DNA of 64,000 nucleotides from Takakia lepidozioides (Eukaryota; Plantae; Bryophyta): contig CM060734.1 of assembly GCA_030704615.1 (NCBI GenBank), positions 57,412,001 through 57,476,000 of the forward strand, given 5' to 3'. Positions 23,147 to 37,598 of the stretch are shown in pieces. Under the pieces are notes generated by a model. The model was given only the letters and a program-made list of their open reading frames with translations. It was not told where the DNA came from and searched no databases. Made by a program: the position numbers and the translations under genes. Each line of letters starts with the position of its first letter. The first letter of the stretch is position 1.

Positions 23147-26100
23147 ATGGAGACTGACAGTGTGATGCAAGCAAGTAGCGGAGCTGCTGCAGACCCAATG
23201 CATGGGGAGGTCAGCTTGCTAATTCCATCCCACGGTAGACGACAAGAGCCTTAGCTACTGATGGCCAAGCCAATTACACAGTGAGAGTAAGGCAAAGACT
23301 AGAAAGGATTTCCAAGGAAAATCTTCTGCATTCAAAAATGTGGAAAGATGAAGGAAAACATTCGTAGTGCTCAGGCTTGTTCGGGATGCACTTCCTGTGC
23401 CGTACTACCGTAGAATCTGTGACCCAAAGCAGCCTCGAAGACCTTTTCATGGCCCTTTTCAAGTAGCCAGAGCTGTACATCGGTCTTGGTGTATGGGCCT
23501 TCACAATATCCCCTAACTTCATCAGACTCAGTCTGCAGGGAGCTCTTTCTCGAAGAGAGCAGCTCCTCTTTTGCTTCAAAAGCAGCCTATAACTTCCTGC
23601 ATGTTCAAGCTTCTCGATCGTATTACCTTTGTGAAGGTAGACTTAAACTAAGAAATTCTGGAACACGATCGTGTCAATCATATGCTGAGACACGTCGGAA
23701 AGAGTGGGAACAAGGACTCCGTGACGTACCAAGCAGGCTAGTCGGCAGAGGAGATGTGACCCAGGTGGCCAGATCGTGGTTGTGCATGGTCGTTGTAAGT
23801 GTGGTGACCACTGACAACAATCTCGGCGCAGACCCACACACCCTGTGCGGTCTGGATCACAATGCCGCATACTTTTTTTTATCACATCGGAGATACTTTT
23901 GTCTCTATGTCTGGGCGCGAAGGGGAAGAGACGAGCATTGGAGAACTTAGCCTTCTGCCGTCATTTCAAGTTTCTTGAAGGACTACTTCAGCCGCTCTAA
24001 TGGAGAAGGAGTGCTGCAGCACAACTCCCTTAATCGTCCTCAGGGAAGAGGAGCCTGAGCCCGATTTCAAGTGCCACTCTGATGCGGTAGGTGCGTCAGA
24101 GTGTGGAGAGCTTTGCAATCTAAGCTGCAGTCGTCTATGAGCTTACAATTGCACGGACTTGGGGTAGGACCGTCAATGGCGTCGGTTCATGCTACTGCAG
24201 CCCGTGGTTGTCTTCAGCGGAGGTTCCAATTTGTGGGATGTGTGTGTCATTGTGAGGGTCATCGATTGTTCTAGCATTCAGGCAATGTGTGGTGATTGTG
24301 TCTTTGGTCTGTGCAGGGTGATGTCCCTCCCGAAGTGAAATCAACTGTTCCTGAAACAGATGATCCTCTGCTTCCTGCATTGACATTTCGAACATGGACG
24401 TTAGGCCTATTGATCTGTGCTTTCCTCTCTTTTGTGAACCAATTCTTCTCCTTTCGGACAGCGCCCATTTCTATCTCCTCACTTGCCGGTCAGATGGTAT
24501 CCCTCTACCTGGGGCGCTTCATGGCGGCGGTACTCCCCGACTGGAAAATCGGTCCATTCACCATCAATCCTGGACCTTTCAATATCAAGGTCTTGTGCCT
24601 ATGCCGATTCTACAACCCACCTTGTAGATCACATATTGGGAACAACCCAGTATGATAGGGGGAAAGCATCAGTATCTATGAAATGGAACGCCTGAGCAGT
24701 GTGAACTCCATTGATTTATCAAGTTCCTGCTTCGACAGTGAGGGGGCCCCGAGAAACCCTGATGGAGGTAGAGGGGTTCCCATGCAGGAGCATGTGCTCA
24801 TTACAATCTTTGCCAGTGCCGGTGGTGGCATAAAAAACAGCACAGCACGCGCACTGCAAGCTATTACAATCATAAAGCTTCCTGAATTTTTCAACAAGGT
24901 AATCTTCCATTGTCGCTGTCCTGGTCGGCACCATGGTTGGCAGATTCATGTCCATGAAATCAGATCTCACAATGGAATCATTTCCATTAAATGTTTAATT
25001 CTGAGTCATTCCAGACCAAATCTTTCATTTGTGTTGATGGGTGAAGATTATCTAGACAGGTTTGCACAAATGGTCAACTTCATTGCACAGCCTAGTCCTT
25101 AGCTCAGTATCATCCAATCATCTTCAGGATCCATTGATCAGGACCCTTAGGATTACTGCCAATTACTTCAAGGTGGTTGGAAATGTATAATTTGGAGTTG
25201 TTTTCTGTCAGTTAATGCAATCTCCTGGACCAGAACTTGCCTTTCCTTGCAGCACTTTTATTGACAATGACTACGCAAGTTCTTGGCTATGGATGGGCTG
25301 GACTCCTCCGCAAGTATCTGGTGGTAAGTCATAACTTTCCTACCTACTTCATTATGCATACTGCTAAGATCTGAAGTCAGAGTTGAAAATTATTTGAATG
25401 AGCATAAACTTTGTATTCTTATATCTCCATCTGAGGTATTTTCTGGCAGTGTGGCAACTCCTCAGATCTTGTTGTTGGAAGTTTGATCAGCTAGTGATAC
25501 AGTAGGCTATGCAGGTGTGTGCAAATCAACGGAAACTTGTACTTAATCTTTTACCATGGACATAACCTGTGACAATTTCATGGAGATCTCTGATAGACTC
25601 AATATAGACTGGGATAAGATCATGTGACATGTGGATACATTTTCTTGTTGCTGCTAGGATCCCGCTCATATGTGGTGGCCAGAAACATTGGTTGATGTTG
25701 CTCTATTCAGGTAAGTTCCAGCACTTGACCAGAAGAGATTGAGCGGGGAAATTATTATGGAGTGTGTACATGAATGAGTAGTCTGTAGAACAAAAGTTTA
25801 CAAGTTGATGGCTCCATTGATGAGAATGCAGTTTCAGCATCAAACTTTGATAGGTTTTAAGTACTGAGTGAATAGTCTTTGTAATACATATTGAATGTGC
25901 ATTGTTTTAAGCATGCTGTTTAACGGGGCTCCAATCTCACATTGACATCTGACAGGACGTTGCATGAGAAGGAGAATGCAAATAGCATTAGCAGGCTGCA
26001 GTTCTTTCTCATTGCCACCATTTGCAGCTTTGCTTGGTACATTCTACCAGGCTACTTGTTTGCCACCGTGGCATCGATCTCTTGGGTCTGCTGGTCTTGG

Positions 26101-29100
26101 AAGGACTCTATAGTTGCCCACCAGATTGGTTCAGGTAGTCTGTCTTCCTTGAGGCTTGTCCATATCCCTGTCTTCAAAGCAGCAGCTGACATAGCTCTTT
26201 GACAATAGTAAGGTACAAATTCCAAATAAATTGCTGCTCAAAAGTGCTCTTGCTCTATTGATGTAGGCAAAATACCCATGCAAGTGGTAGCAATGATGTA
26301 GTGATTATTACAGGTATCAGATCCTAGCTGAAAGTGGGCTGGGTTGGCAGGCTCAAATGGATTGGGACTTACAGCTTTTTCACTAGATTGGGCCACTATC
26401 TCAGCATATTTGGGATCTCCGTTGTCAACCCCATGGGCCACCCTGGTCAATGTGTTTGTTGGGTATCTCGCCACAGTCTACATCCTCACACCAGCTCTTT
26501 ACTGGGGAGATGTCTATCACACCCAAAGATATCCTATGGTCTCAAACAAACTATTTCTGGCAAATGGAAATCGCTACAATGTTTCAAAGGTTAGACCTTT
26601 TCAGTGTGATCAGATATTGATATTGGCATTTTAAAACTTGGTGGGTGGAGATAGCTAGTCACTTGATATTCATGCTACATCAGAACATCATTGTCTCTTT
26701 GTATCCTGTAACAGAAAATAAGTCTGATGTCATCAACTAGGTTATAGGAAAAAAGGATCGTGCTCCAAGTATGTGTGAGGGACACCAGGTTTCTTCAGTT
26801 TGGCCAAAACCTGCAACTTAAGAGACATGCATGTATCGTCCTGCAGGTGACGTCTGCCGATGGCCTGACATTAGATCTGGATAAATACAAGACTTATGGC
26901 CCGCCTCACATGGCTGCCTCCTATGCAGCCGTCAACTGGGGGCTTACGTTTGCATCTCTAGCAGCCTCCATTGTTCATGTAGCACTTTGGCATGGGAAGT
27001 ATATCTATCGTCGATTCAAAGCAAACGGTACCTCCCTCTGCAGTTTCGTAGTTACGACACGTGTTTTCCTGGGCAATCCAGTATTGCTACCCAGTTGCGA
27101 TATAGAAATCTCAAGTCAGGCCAGAATGTGTAAGCACCTACATGTTGGCTCTGTGTGCATAGGTAAACTTTCCATAATCTTCTGGCTGGAAGATATCAAC
27201 TCAGTTTGGAATTAATGAAGCCTATAATGATGATGGTTTTGGTGCAACTGGCAGCTGGAGATTACCAGCCAAGCATTCATACAAAGCTGATGCAACGCTA
27301 TAATGACATCCCCTCATGGTGGTTCTGGGCACTACTGATTGGCAACACAGTGGCAGCCATAGCCATAATGGAAGGCTGGAAGCACATTTTCCAGCTGCCT
27401 TGGTGGGGCGTCCTCATTGGGTTTGGTCTCAACGTTTTGTTCACACTTCCTCTCGGCGTCCTTGCTGCTACCACCAATATGGTACACCCACTAGGAATTG
27501 AGGAGCTGCACACTGGATCCTCCCTCAAATGAGAACATTAACTTTACCTCAGCAATGGGTGTGATGATCACTTGTTTGTTACTGAGAAAGTTTGTCCCAC
27601 AGTACACCATGTGAACATTGTCACCTTGATAGTTCACTTATCAGCTTGTACTCTAAAATGTATGGTTTGCTTGTGCTCATGTAAATACTGATGAAAACAG
27701 AACACATGCTGCCAAGTGACACTCCATCTGTAACTATAACACCTAATCTTCTTTTCTGGAGGGGCAAGCTGCTAAGACGGGAGTTTGGTTGCATTCTTGG
27801 TGACGCAGTCTACAGGAATTGGTCCACTGTGTGATGTGCTGATGGGCTATCTACTTCCACGCTACCCGATTGCAAATGTATGTTTTCGCATGTATTCTTC
27901 CGAGGGTGTTGCCCAAGGCCTTGCCTTCTTGCGTGATCTCAAGCTTGGCCACTACATGAAGATTCCCCCTCGCCAACTGCTCACTGTACAGGTACATGCA
28001 AAATCCTTTAAGATATTGCCAACACTGTGAGGAGATGGCCCAGATCAAGATAATTGGTGGTCAAGGATTGGCACAATAACAGGACCCACTCAATGCATAA
28101 TATGCTGTGCAGGTGGCAGGATCTTTGTTTGGGGGAGTCGTCAACTTGGCATGTGCCTACTGGTTGTTTGACAGCGTGGGCGATATTTGCATAGAATCAG
28201 GGAGATGGTCATGCCCCTCAATGACTAAGAGCTTCTCTGTCACTATACTGTGGGGTCTTATTGGCTCCAAGAGATTAATAGGCTCAGAGGGGGAGTACAA
28301 ACAATTGAATTGGTACTTTCTGGCTGGTGCCCTTGCCCCCATACCATTTTGGGCCCTTGCTAAAGTCTCCAAAGTTTTCAAAGTGAGTTTATGCAAGTCC
28401 CCCCTCTCATTGTGGTACATAAGTGCTTTGAGCTACATTACTTTGTTTGATAGTGTTGATTGGTGATGACGTTGACTGTCAATTGTTTGCAACTCCTCTT
28501 GCAATTTTGATATCATGACAAGGAAGCATTCAGGTGATGGAAAATCTGTTGCTATGGCTCTGAAATTCATACCTGATACAAGTTACAATACACCAGGAAA
28601 AATGTTGATAATGCTCTCTCGCTGGAATGACTTTACAAGACTTTTAGTCCAATTTGACAGACCTGTGATACCAGAACCTTTCATCTGTTAATGGCCATTG
28701 CATGAGTGGTGGTAGCATGAGTGTAGCTTCCCATTGAGCTGTGCCTGAATGCCAAATCCAGAAATCACTTCATGATAGTGACTTGGAGTGCCTTGTGCAG
28801 GGTTATCTGAGGGCTGTTAACACCCCAGTGATACTGGGCGCTGCAACCCAATGGCCCCAAGCCCAAGCTGTTACATTCAACTCTTGGTTCTTGACAGGGG
28901 CTGTGTTCAACCACTTGGTGTTCAAGTATCAGGTACACTGGTGGCAGCGCTATAACTATATATTGTCGGCTGCTATTGACACAGGCATTGCATTTGCTGG
29001 GCCCCTGATTTTCCTTACACTACTGTATTTCAACAAAGATGGGCCAAGGTGGTGGGGCAATCCTAAGACGTATCTGGACCATTGTCCACTGTCCTACTGC

Positions 29101-29157
29101 CCAACTGCCAAAGGGATCAATGTCACGCGTCAATATCCATTCTGCCCTGTGTTTTAA
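23147..29157 (+). CDS. OPT: Oligopeptide transporter (OPT/PT clade), multi-exon, apparently intact (copy B)
   Basis: [30 protein letters not shown]|[72 protein letters not shown]; GT-AG junctions; first exon ([11 protein letters not shown], 23147-23209) is inferred. Confidence 0.88.
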
Positions 29158-29224
29158 TTAACAACTTTAAGTGCACTATAGAAACCGCTCTCTGCAAAAA
29201 CTCTATTGATCAAACACTCTATTG

Positions 29225-29587
29225 ATGTCCATGTTCATTTCCTGATTCACTGTCCGGGGTTCTCTCACCAGAGAGACGCTCTCCTCAAATCTATCAAGGG
29301 AATTGTGCCTGCACCTCTGTTTACCAACTTTGAAAGTCTCGAGGCTGAGCCAAAAGCCCAGTCCTTCTGCGGCCTAGTTATTGGGCAAACCAAACACAGC
29401 AGATTGATGCTTGTGTGAAGGGATTTCTAGGGAAAACCCGGATCAATGTTTTATACCAAGGTAAGTCTTACTACCAACGTCAGCCCCTGACAGAGGTAGG
29501 TTCTGGCCCTTTGTGTTCCGCTCAAACTGGGCGTGGGGTCAATGGCCACAAGGCTACAGCAAACAACGTCTTATGAGTACATTCTAT
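29225..29587 (+). mobile_element. LINE family B 5'-truncated insertion just 3' of OPT
   Basis: HFLIHCPGFSHQRDALL matches 58968-59672; TSD TCTATTGATCAAA; empty site at ~10690-10705. Confidence 0.85.
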
Positions 29588-29919
29588 TGATCAAATGGTG
29601 TAACCTTAGATACTGAGACACTAAGACCGCTTTAGGGGTCCATGAAGAGCCGGTATAGGTTTATTAATGGTCAGCAGGGCCCTGTAAACACCTCTCTACA
29701 TGAGCTACTGACATTTACAATTGATGTGAGAAAGGTCCTTTTGTGCAAGATTTTAACCATAGCCTCCGTAACATAACCTTTTTAAAGATTAGATTTACTT
29801 GGATGATGATATGTACCCAAAATAAGATGAAGTTACTTTAGCATCCAGTGAATTTCCAGAGCCCTACTGCTCAACATACAGGCCATCGAGGGCCCAATGG
29901 ACAGTCAGAAGGCACATGT

Positions 29920-29989
29920 TGAAGGATTGAACCCAGGATCACCTAGGTTATGCACATGCAAGGCTCAAACACCCAACCACTGGGCTACC
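29920..29989 (-). mobile_element. tRNA-derived SINE head (related degenerate copy at ~22815-22880)
   Basis: Minus strand GGTAGCCCAGTGG...GGGTTCAATCC (A and B boxes). Confidence 0.5.
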
Positions 29990-31108
29990 TGCCCAAGTGT
30001 GATTTATACCCAGTTCCTAAAAGCCCAAATGTGACCAAAGGAATCTAAACACCAAAGTTCTAGGATGAAGGAGAAGGATACTCCAGTTCATGGGTTCCCA
30101 TCATCACAATCTTTTCTCTAGATTATCTCTCTCACTCCTCTCAAGCCATGTTCCCTAGACAAAGATTAAAACACATGAACCAACATTGGCTGAATCTAGT
30201 TCACAATTAGTGAATCATCTTCTATGTGTAAAGATGAACAAGTAATTGCAGAATCTTCCAATCTAAGTAGTCAGATGCAGGGCCATCTTGGGAGATCTGG
30301 GATGAGAGTAGAATCCGCTGCTACCCATTCTTACTAGTTGGATGACAGTCTTCCACCAGTTGGGATATTGTACATAATGTACATTGACAATGACGCTATT
30401 CTCTAAGCGCAAATTATGAATACAAATGGTTCATTGTTTTTTATTCATTTCATGTCAAAGCGACGGACATCATGGCTGTGCTCTGTGTTCTTTGTGTACT
30501 CTTTGTTCGGTTTTGGAATTCATTACTCCTGTCGATATGAGAGGTATCACCACGGGAGATCTCCCCTACTTGACTATGTGCATGTTTTGGTTTCGTCATC
30601 ACACCCGTCAGACTCTTTTAGACTAGAGAGCGTGAAGCCATAAGAGAATGAGGGGTCTGACAGGAACAAGAGCACAAATAGAAAGGCATAGAAAGGCAAA
30701 GAGGACGGGAGGTCTCCCGTCCAAAGAGACTGAATTAGCCTATATGCCACTGCCATCACACATACACCATTCTAATTCTCATTCAACAACTGATTTACTG
30801 TTTGTACATAATTATTTTAAATTTGAACTCGGAAGAACCATGTCACCACATACAAATCTGAACAAGTCCCCTCAACCCAACCAACTCTGATGTCTGCCTT
30901 AAATGTTCTTTGCATTCTCCATAGCCGTACAAGCAACCTCACTGGTTTGAGGACATCATACAGCTGCGAACCACCCACCTTCCAAATGGATGTAGACCTA
31001 AAAGGTGCAGACAAATCCTCCTTCAGCCTTTAGGAGACGGAAAACTTGGACTGGATTCTGTGTTGCATGGCTATTGCTAAATTCTATCTACTTGTAGCAA
31101 ACAGCACA

Positions 31109-34100
31109 TCAAAAGTCAGCATGGTACACACAAACTAACTCCGGGTGGGAAATAGGAGCTCGACAGAGGGGGCACTCTGGCTTTTCATTACACCATTCTG
31201 CCACACAAGTCCTGCACCATAACACACATACTTGTAACCCAAGACTTGATAACTGTTCCCCATTGGGGGCTGGCTATGAAATCACTTCCAGTGTAAGCAC
31301 AAGAAATTCCACAAGAAATTCCAAGCTTGCTGGCGCAAATAAGAAACTTCAGGCACATAGATAAGAGTTCAAGAAAGTTCTGCCCATGACTGAGGAAGCC
31401 ACAAAGGCAAACAGTAATGGTTTGTTCAGAGAGCTAAGAGATCTACATCACTGACCAGCAGAAGACATGACCACAAGGTGTTGCTGTGGGATGTTGCCGA
31501 GGGCTCAAACAAAGAGGACATTTGCTTGATCCGACAGCCTGGAGACACATCATAACAACACAAACCCATATCACAGAACCCAGTAAAAATCTACGAAACA
31601 CCAGCACTCTTAAGCATTTGCTGTTCCTAGGCAAGTGCTTGGTCAGCTCCAAAGTTACATGAGCAGCTTGACTATGATGCGTGTACTTTTTTGTTATTTA
31701 GAGAGAGACAACAGAAAGGTACTTCACCATAAGAACAATGGCTTCAAAGGAAAACAAACCTCAATCTCTGATGATTCCCAGTCATTAAGCTGCACTTTTG
31801 GCTCCTTCTCAGTTACCCTATTGCCATCTTCATTCAAAAACAAGATTCCTTGTTGATCTGCCAACCCATACCCACCTCAAGTCGTCAAAGATATGAACTC
31901 TCCCCTCCAGATCACCAACAGCTTACCCTATCCATATGCAGGGGAAATGAGGTGAGCAAGGAGATCCTTCTGTACCTGTCCCGGAGGATCCTACCAGCAA
32001 GGACAGAGAGCAGATGGTAGACATGGACACAGTTGATAGAGAGGGGGGTAGAGAAGCCACCTGGGGTACTGAAAGAAGAATCTAATGAGCGCCTGCGCAT
32101 GGAGGATGACAGGGCAGGAAGGATGCTGCGGCGAAACCAATCCCCCCCAACGATACTGAGCTGTATCAACAGAAATATGCCCAGCATATGGTACCTGCCC
32201 ATGAACAAGCATCACCATCTGTCAAAATGCAGAAATAGGACATGGTCCAACCCACCATAACAGCACATAATGCCATTTTGGGAGTACATATGTTGACATG
32301 ACTGGACTAAAAGCTTGCAAGGACAAGATTGCGCTCCATATAGCAGTCTGTACACCATTCTCTGATTTCAAACAGTCACCAAGCTACAAAACAGACTGGA
32401 TTTGGTATAAGGATGACCTAGGCCTTTGCTGAGCTGGTTTGCCCAAAAATATGTAACGAATGCCTGCCGCACGCTTTGCCAGGTGATAGTGCACCCCTGC
32501 ATCACCCATGATAGTATTTTGTCAACTTCCAAGTTAATACATGTACATTGCTGCTATGGTTCCTGCAACCATGTCGATGCATGTCAAGTCAGATCAACAA
32601 CAGCGAGCCATGATCATGTGCCCCAGAAAATAGCTTCACATCTATCCTGCACTTTGTCATAGTAAGAACTTTGCGAAATCTTTCCACCACCCTTCCAGAA
32701 ATAATCTTTACATCATGAACCTTCACATCATCATCTTCATTTGTTTGGTCCACACAGGTTCATAAAGCATCAAACCACTGGATTCGCATAAACAAGATGC
32801 AGAGTTAGCCTCAATGGATCACAGTGCCTACACCCACCAAAGCAAAAGAAGCAAGCAGACCTTCAAAGTAGAACAGCATGAGATGGGCGCGTACAACCAG
32901 CGACAAATCTTCCCGCAAAGATGGCAGCACCTGAATTCACAGCCAAGGGTCCATTTCTAAAAATCTCCTCTCTCTTGCCCTCCCTTGCATTTACGACCAT
33001 CACACTCATTGCACCCTCTCCCCATTTCCACACAAGGTACTCCCTCGTAAGTCAGATAGAAAAGTCCACTATAGTAGATACAAATGAGGACAACTAGGTT
33101 CAACATTTAAATCAGCAAGCCGTTACAGAAACTGTCACTGCCCCAAGCAAATCCCAACAAGGAAACGAAAAGCATGCACCCCCACCAAAATATACGACAG
33201 GATTATGTCTCATGTGCTAAGCAGCCCAACTTCCACCTCCAGTTGGGTACTTACAGCCGACCAGCGTTGTAGCACTGTGTTCCATCCTTGGCGCATTCTC
33301 TGCACCAACAAAGCCCTGGAGAAGCCATGCCTTCTGTCACTGCTTCCTGCCATGGCTCTGTTCTCCCCTGCCATGCTCGACTCGGCCCCCATATAACCTC
33401 TATCTGCATTGGTTTCACTAGAAATTCCTCCCAAGTTGTTTCCCCTCACAGACTGTAGCTCCTCCTGCATTGCAAGTGACACGCCTCGTGCTGCTGCCCT
33501 GGCACTGCTCACACATGACATGTTACACACTCCAGCATTACTCATGTTGATTGCATACCTCAAAGCATGTCACACAATCTGCATGGCCGGCTGAAGTTGC
33601 ACATATCTCTGCATTTGCTCTGCAAGTTCTCTTTAAAAGATGAAAGGCGTTGATATGCACCTGAGGCGTTCAGTCAGGTAAGGCAGTACAGTTTGGAAGA
33701 ACACGAGTACCATCCTTCGAGCTGGTGTGGCAGGAAGTCTTGAATCCCTCACCACCTGCTACATGAGAGTCCGGCATCAAAACTGTGTATGCTCAAATGT
33801 ACCCAGCCACAGCTGCCTTGCTCCTACTATATTTTGTAGATTCAGAAACCAAAACATCTCATTGCAGCGGGAAACCTGACTAGTGACAACCTCCCCTATC
33901 TCACTTTACAGTTAAATTTGCACTACTACATATGACAAGGTAAGGTCAACCATGAGCACGAACCTGAGATATGTCACAGTACTCTTCTCCAAGGGTCTGG
34001 AGGCCCGACCCAGTTGTTAACAAATAGTAGAGGACACGGCCTGCCAGTTTTGTCTGCAATAGCGTAGCATCCATTAGTATGTTGATGAAATTGAGCACAT

Positions 34101-34856
34101 CTTTCTGAAGTGCTGGATTACTCTAGTAGTACAAAGAGAACTAAGAGGAAATTCGACATGACAGCAGCATACCTCGTTCTGGTATGGCACAGCCATGCGC
34201 ATCCCTGTCCCCAAATAGCACAAATTATCAGGCTCCATTCCACATCTCCAAGCAGCAACTACATGTTTTGATATTTCCTCAAATGTTTCCTTCCAACTCA
34301 CAGGACCCTAGAGTAAGATGAAATAATTCTGGTTGCTCTGTAAACCTGAAGGTCTAAGGCCAACCTGAAATCCATGAACTAGAAGACTGTGAACCATAAA
34401 AGTAGATGCCTCCTATCTCACTATCAATTGATTCGACCCAACATCCGGGAACGGGAACAATTCAGTTTCCCAACTGCTGAGACGATAAATCCTAATCTAA
34501 ACCCTAACCCTTAGCTGATCACAAACGTGCTACGTTGGCTGAGCACAAGCTTGTCGTCTAAATTTCATTTCTTGCGGGTAAATCTCCAAGCAACAGATCA
34601 AAGGAGGGAGCAGAAAACTGCACACAGCCTAATCAGACCAGTGATCTTGCCACGGATGGGAAAACAAACTTGGATCATAGAGATCAAACTGACCAAAAGC
34701 ATGGCGAAAGGCTTCGTGGCAGGCATCGCAAACGAGAGATACATACTGCTCATCTTTTTCAGCTGCGCGCATCACTTCGGGTTGCGCTGCTCCTGCGAAC
34801 CCCTGCACGCGCACAGCAATCCTGCTGTCTGCATGCTCCCGCTGCTCCTCCTCCAT
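31109..34856 (-). CDS. PEX10: Peroxin-10, RING-finger peroxisome biogenesis factor (~11 exons)
   Basis: [101 protein letters not shown]. Confidence 0.95.
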
Positions 34857-35129
34857 TCTCACCCTCCACCTCCTCCTCGCCTGCCTTGCCTCCCTCTCAT
34901 CTGCACTGCCCTGCCACCAGAGACACTCCGGCCACCCTCAGTTACTTGTTACGATCAAAAATCAAACTTTACTAAGTATCGACCAACACAAGACTACCAA
35001 CAGAGCGTTTGATTATTGATGGATGGTACTGTAATGTCAGCATTGGCTTCTATGGTTCGTGTCACCCCCTTGTATTGTGTAACTCCTCTTAGACCATTTT
35101 ATACTTAGCCAAAATTTTCTCTGTGTCAG

Positions 35130-35186
35130 GTATGTGGAGACTGGTGATGGCAGCAAGCACGAGTTCAAAGCTGGAGACGTCTTGCA
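35130..35186 (+). pseudogene. Possible cupin-domain exon fragment
   Basis: After a tcag acceptor the sequence reads YVETGDGSKHEFKAGDVL, resembling cupin motif 2; no other exons recognised. Confidence 0.3.
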
Positions 35187-37598
35187 CCCCCCAAATCAAC
35201 AATCCTAATCATTTCTAAGGAGCATACATTACGTATCCACGCTCTCTGCCGAGAACAACTTCAATTTCAGGCAGGGGTCAAGATTGCAACAATTGGATGT
35301 AGTGAAGTGTTCGAAGTGCACTTCTTGCGATGTGACTTGTACCATCGGCTGTCCTTCAGCTACTTGTGTATCTGAGGGTAGAGAGCAGATGCCAACGAAG
35401 TCAGATACCAAATGCTTGTGCAGGGACTTGAACCAGGAAAAACCTGTTATGCACTGTGACCTCTGAAGATGGAGGTGGAAGATTCATTGTGATATATTGC
35501 GAAAAGAGAAATATCACTAAGAGCCTACTGGAATTGAGGAGATTATTTCCAGTAGGAGAGTATGGATTATGAGTATACAGAGGGTGCATTGTGTGTAGTG
35601 TGCATACACCATGCATTTATCCAGAGGGAATCTCAAATCTCTCAAAACCCACAGAACACTTTGGTTCCCAACTGGGTTGGGACTTACGCCGAATTTTGCG
35701 GTTACTGGAGGTGTTATTCCAGCTTTCAGGATTCATGCAGCCCATTTTTGAATGGGGTTGGACAAGATGTGTGGTTTTAGTTTTATCCACAGTAAGGTTT
35801 TAACTTTGTGAAGCCACAGAACTTTTTATCGAGTCCTCTCTCATCTCATTAGTTCACTGTTACTTGGCTCATGAAACAGCTTACTTTTCCATTTCACCAT
35901 ACATATACACACCAAATTTGAAGATGAAGATGAAGGTGAAGGTGAACCAAGATAAACAGCCTTGTTGTGATATCTTCATCTGTCATGATATGAAGCTTTC
36001 CTACTGGGACGCAAGGATTTGAGAGGCAATGTCATTTGTCAAAGTTCACAGAATCTGTTTCATTTCCAGCAGGTCATGGGCGGGGTTATCATGTTTGAAA
36101 TCAGCATCTGTACTTTCATGGAGTTTCCTCTTCCACTAATTGTGTTTCACTTGAATTTGACAGACATGAATGTGTTTGGTCTGGAGACACTTGCAGACAG
36201 CCTTGCTTTCATTAGCTATTAGAGTCAATGGGGGTTGGTGCAAGTTGTTGCTTGATCAAGGCAACTCCCCATCCTTAGTGAGGGTTGGGATTGCAATTTG
36301 CACCAGTTGTGATAGTCTACATTTGAGCTGGGTCTAGTGTCAGTGTTTAGTCGGTCATTGCATTTACATAGATATGCCGTTCTCACTCAGTTATCCAAAG
36401 AGCTGTTTTTGTTGCATGAATATTTGGAAGTTGCCATACTTTTGTGACTGTATGCCCTCATATTTGAATAACAACTCTCACCTCCATGAAACAGGCTGGA
36501 GGAGAGGGGAATGCATTGGCAGTCTGTCTCTGGCAAGACTTGCATCTTTGTTAAGACTTGGTCAAAGTTTTCTTAGATCCACCTGGGTGTCATACAGACT
36601 TGATTCGGGTAGTTGATGGCTAGACTGTCTGTATATATTGAGAAGCGGCCTCATTTGCTTCTCCATGCATTTCACTAAAGTCAAGAATATATCTGAAGGA
36701 ACCCTTGTTTCAGTACCGAAGGTTGGAAGGCCTCTCAAGACTGTGCTTGTTGCTCCAGGTTGTACTTAAATCCACTGTTCAGAAAAGCTTCTGTTCGTGA
36801 TCAGTCTCTGGCTTAGGAGTGGGTCACCTTGCAGGTCATGGGTCAATGTTGAGTTGTTGTTTGTCATTGTTAAGGTCTCGGACCCAGTACCTTCACCCAA
36901 GGGTACCCAAATCTCCTGACTTCATAAAAAATGTGTATCTGTTATGGACGTTCTGGTCAGTGACCAAGAGAAAGGGCGGTACCTGAATGGACCCACCAGA
37001 TAATCAAACTTCAAACTGAAGTGACACATGTAATCTCACATTGATGTTTCTGTAACAACTCCTTTCTACAAAAGCGTGTCTCAGGTTTTTGATGAGGGAT
37101 CTTGTAGTAGTAATAGTTTGCGATAAAGGCGTATGGTCCAAGATGGGTTTTGCCAAAGTTTGTTATTTAGGAGGTATTCCAACAATTCCTTTTCTCACAG
37201 ATGGGCATTAAAATTCAGAGAGGTCTGAACAAGCAAGGCTTTGGGAAGAAAGCAAATGAAGATTTCAAAAACTGGAGAGTGAACCAAAAACCTGGAATCC
37301 AGGAGAAGATGGGGCAAAGCTCACATGATCACATAGATAATACCTCTTTTCAATCCCGCTTAGTGGATCAAAACAGGAAGACCTCCTTCAACTTCATTTG
37401 ACAGGGCCAGCCATACTGCTGGAGCAAGCCTCCTGGTATGGGGTGACCCCTAATTTACAGTCCTGGCACCCCTCATTCATATCCCCACTTTTCTATTCCC
37501 TTGAAATGGGAGCCAGTGTCAACTTACAAGGCCGGGGTCGGAGAATGTCACTGCCCACATCATGCCTGCAAATGACGATGAGAAAATGGATTTGAGGA

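Noticed and set aside
34491-34514. Interstitial telomere
   Set aside because: Only two or three degenerate units; better explained as a telo-box
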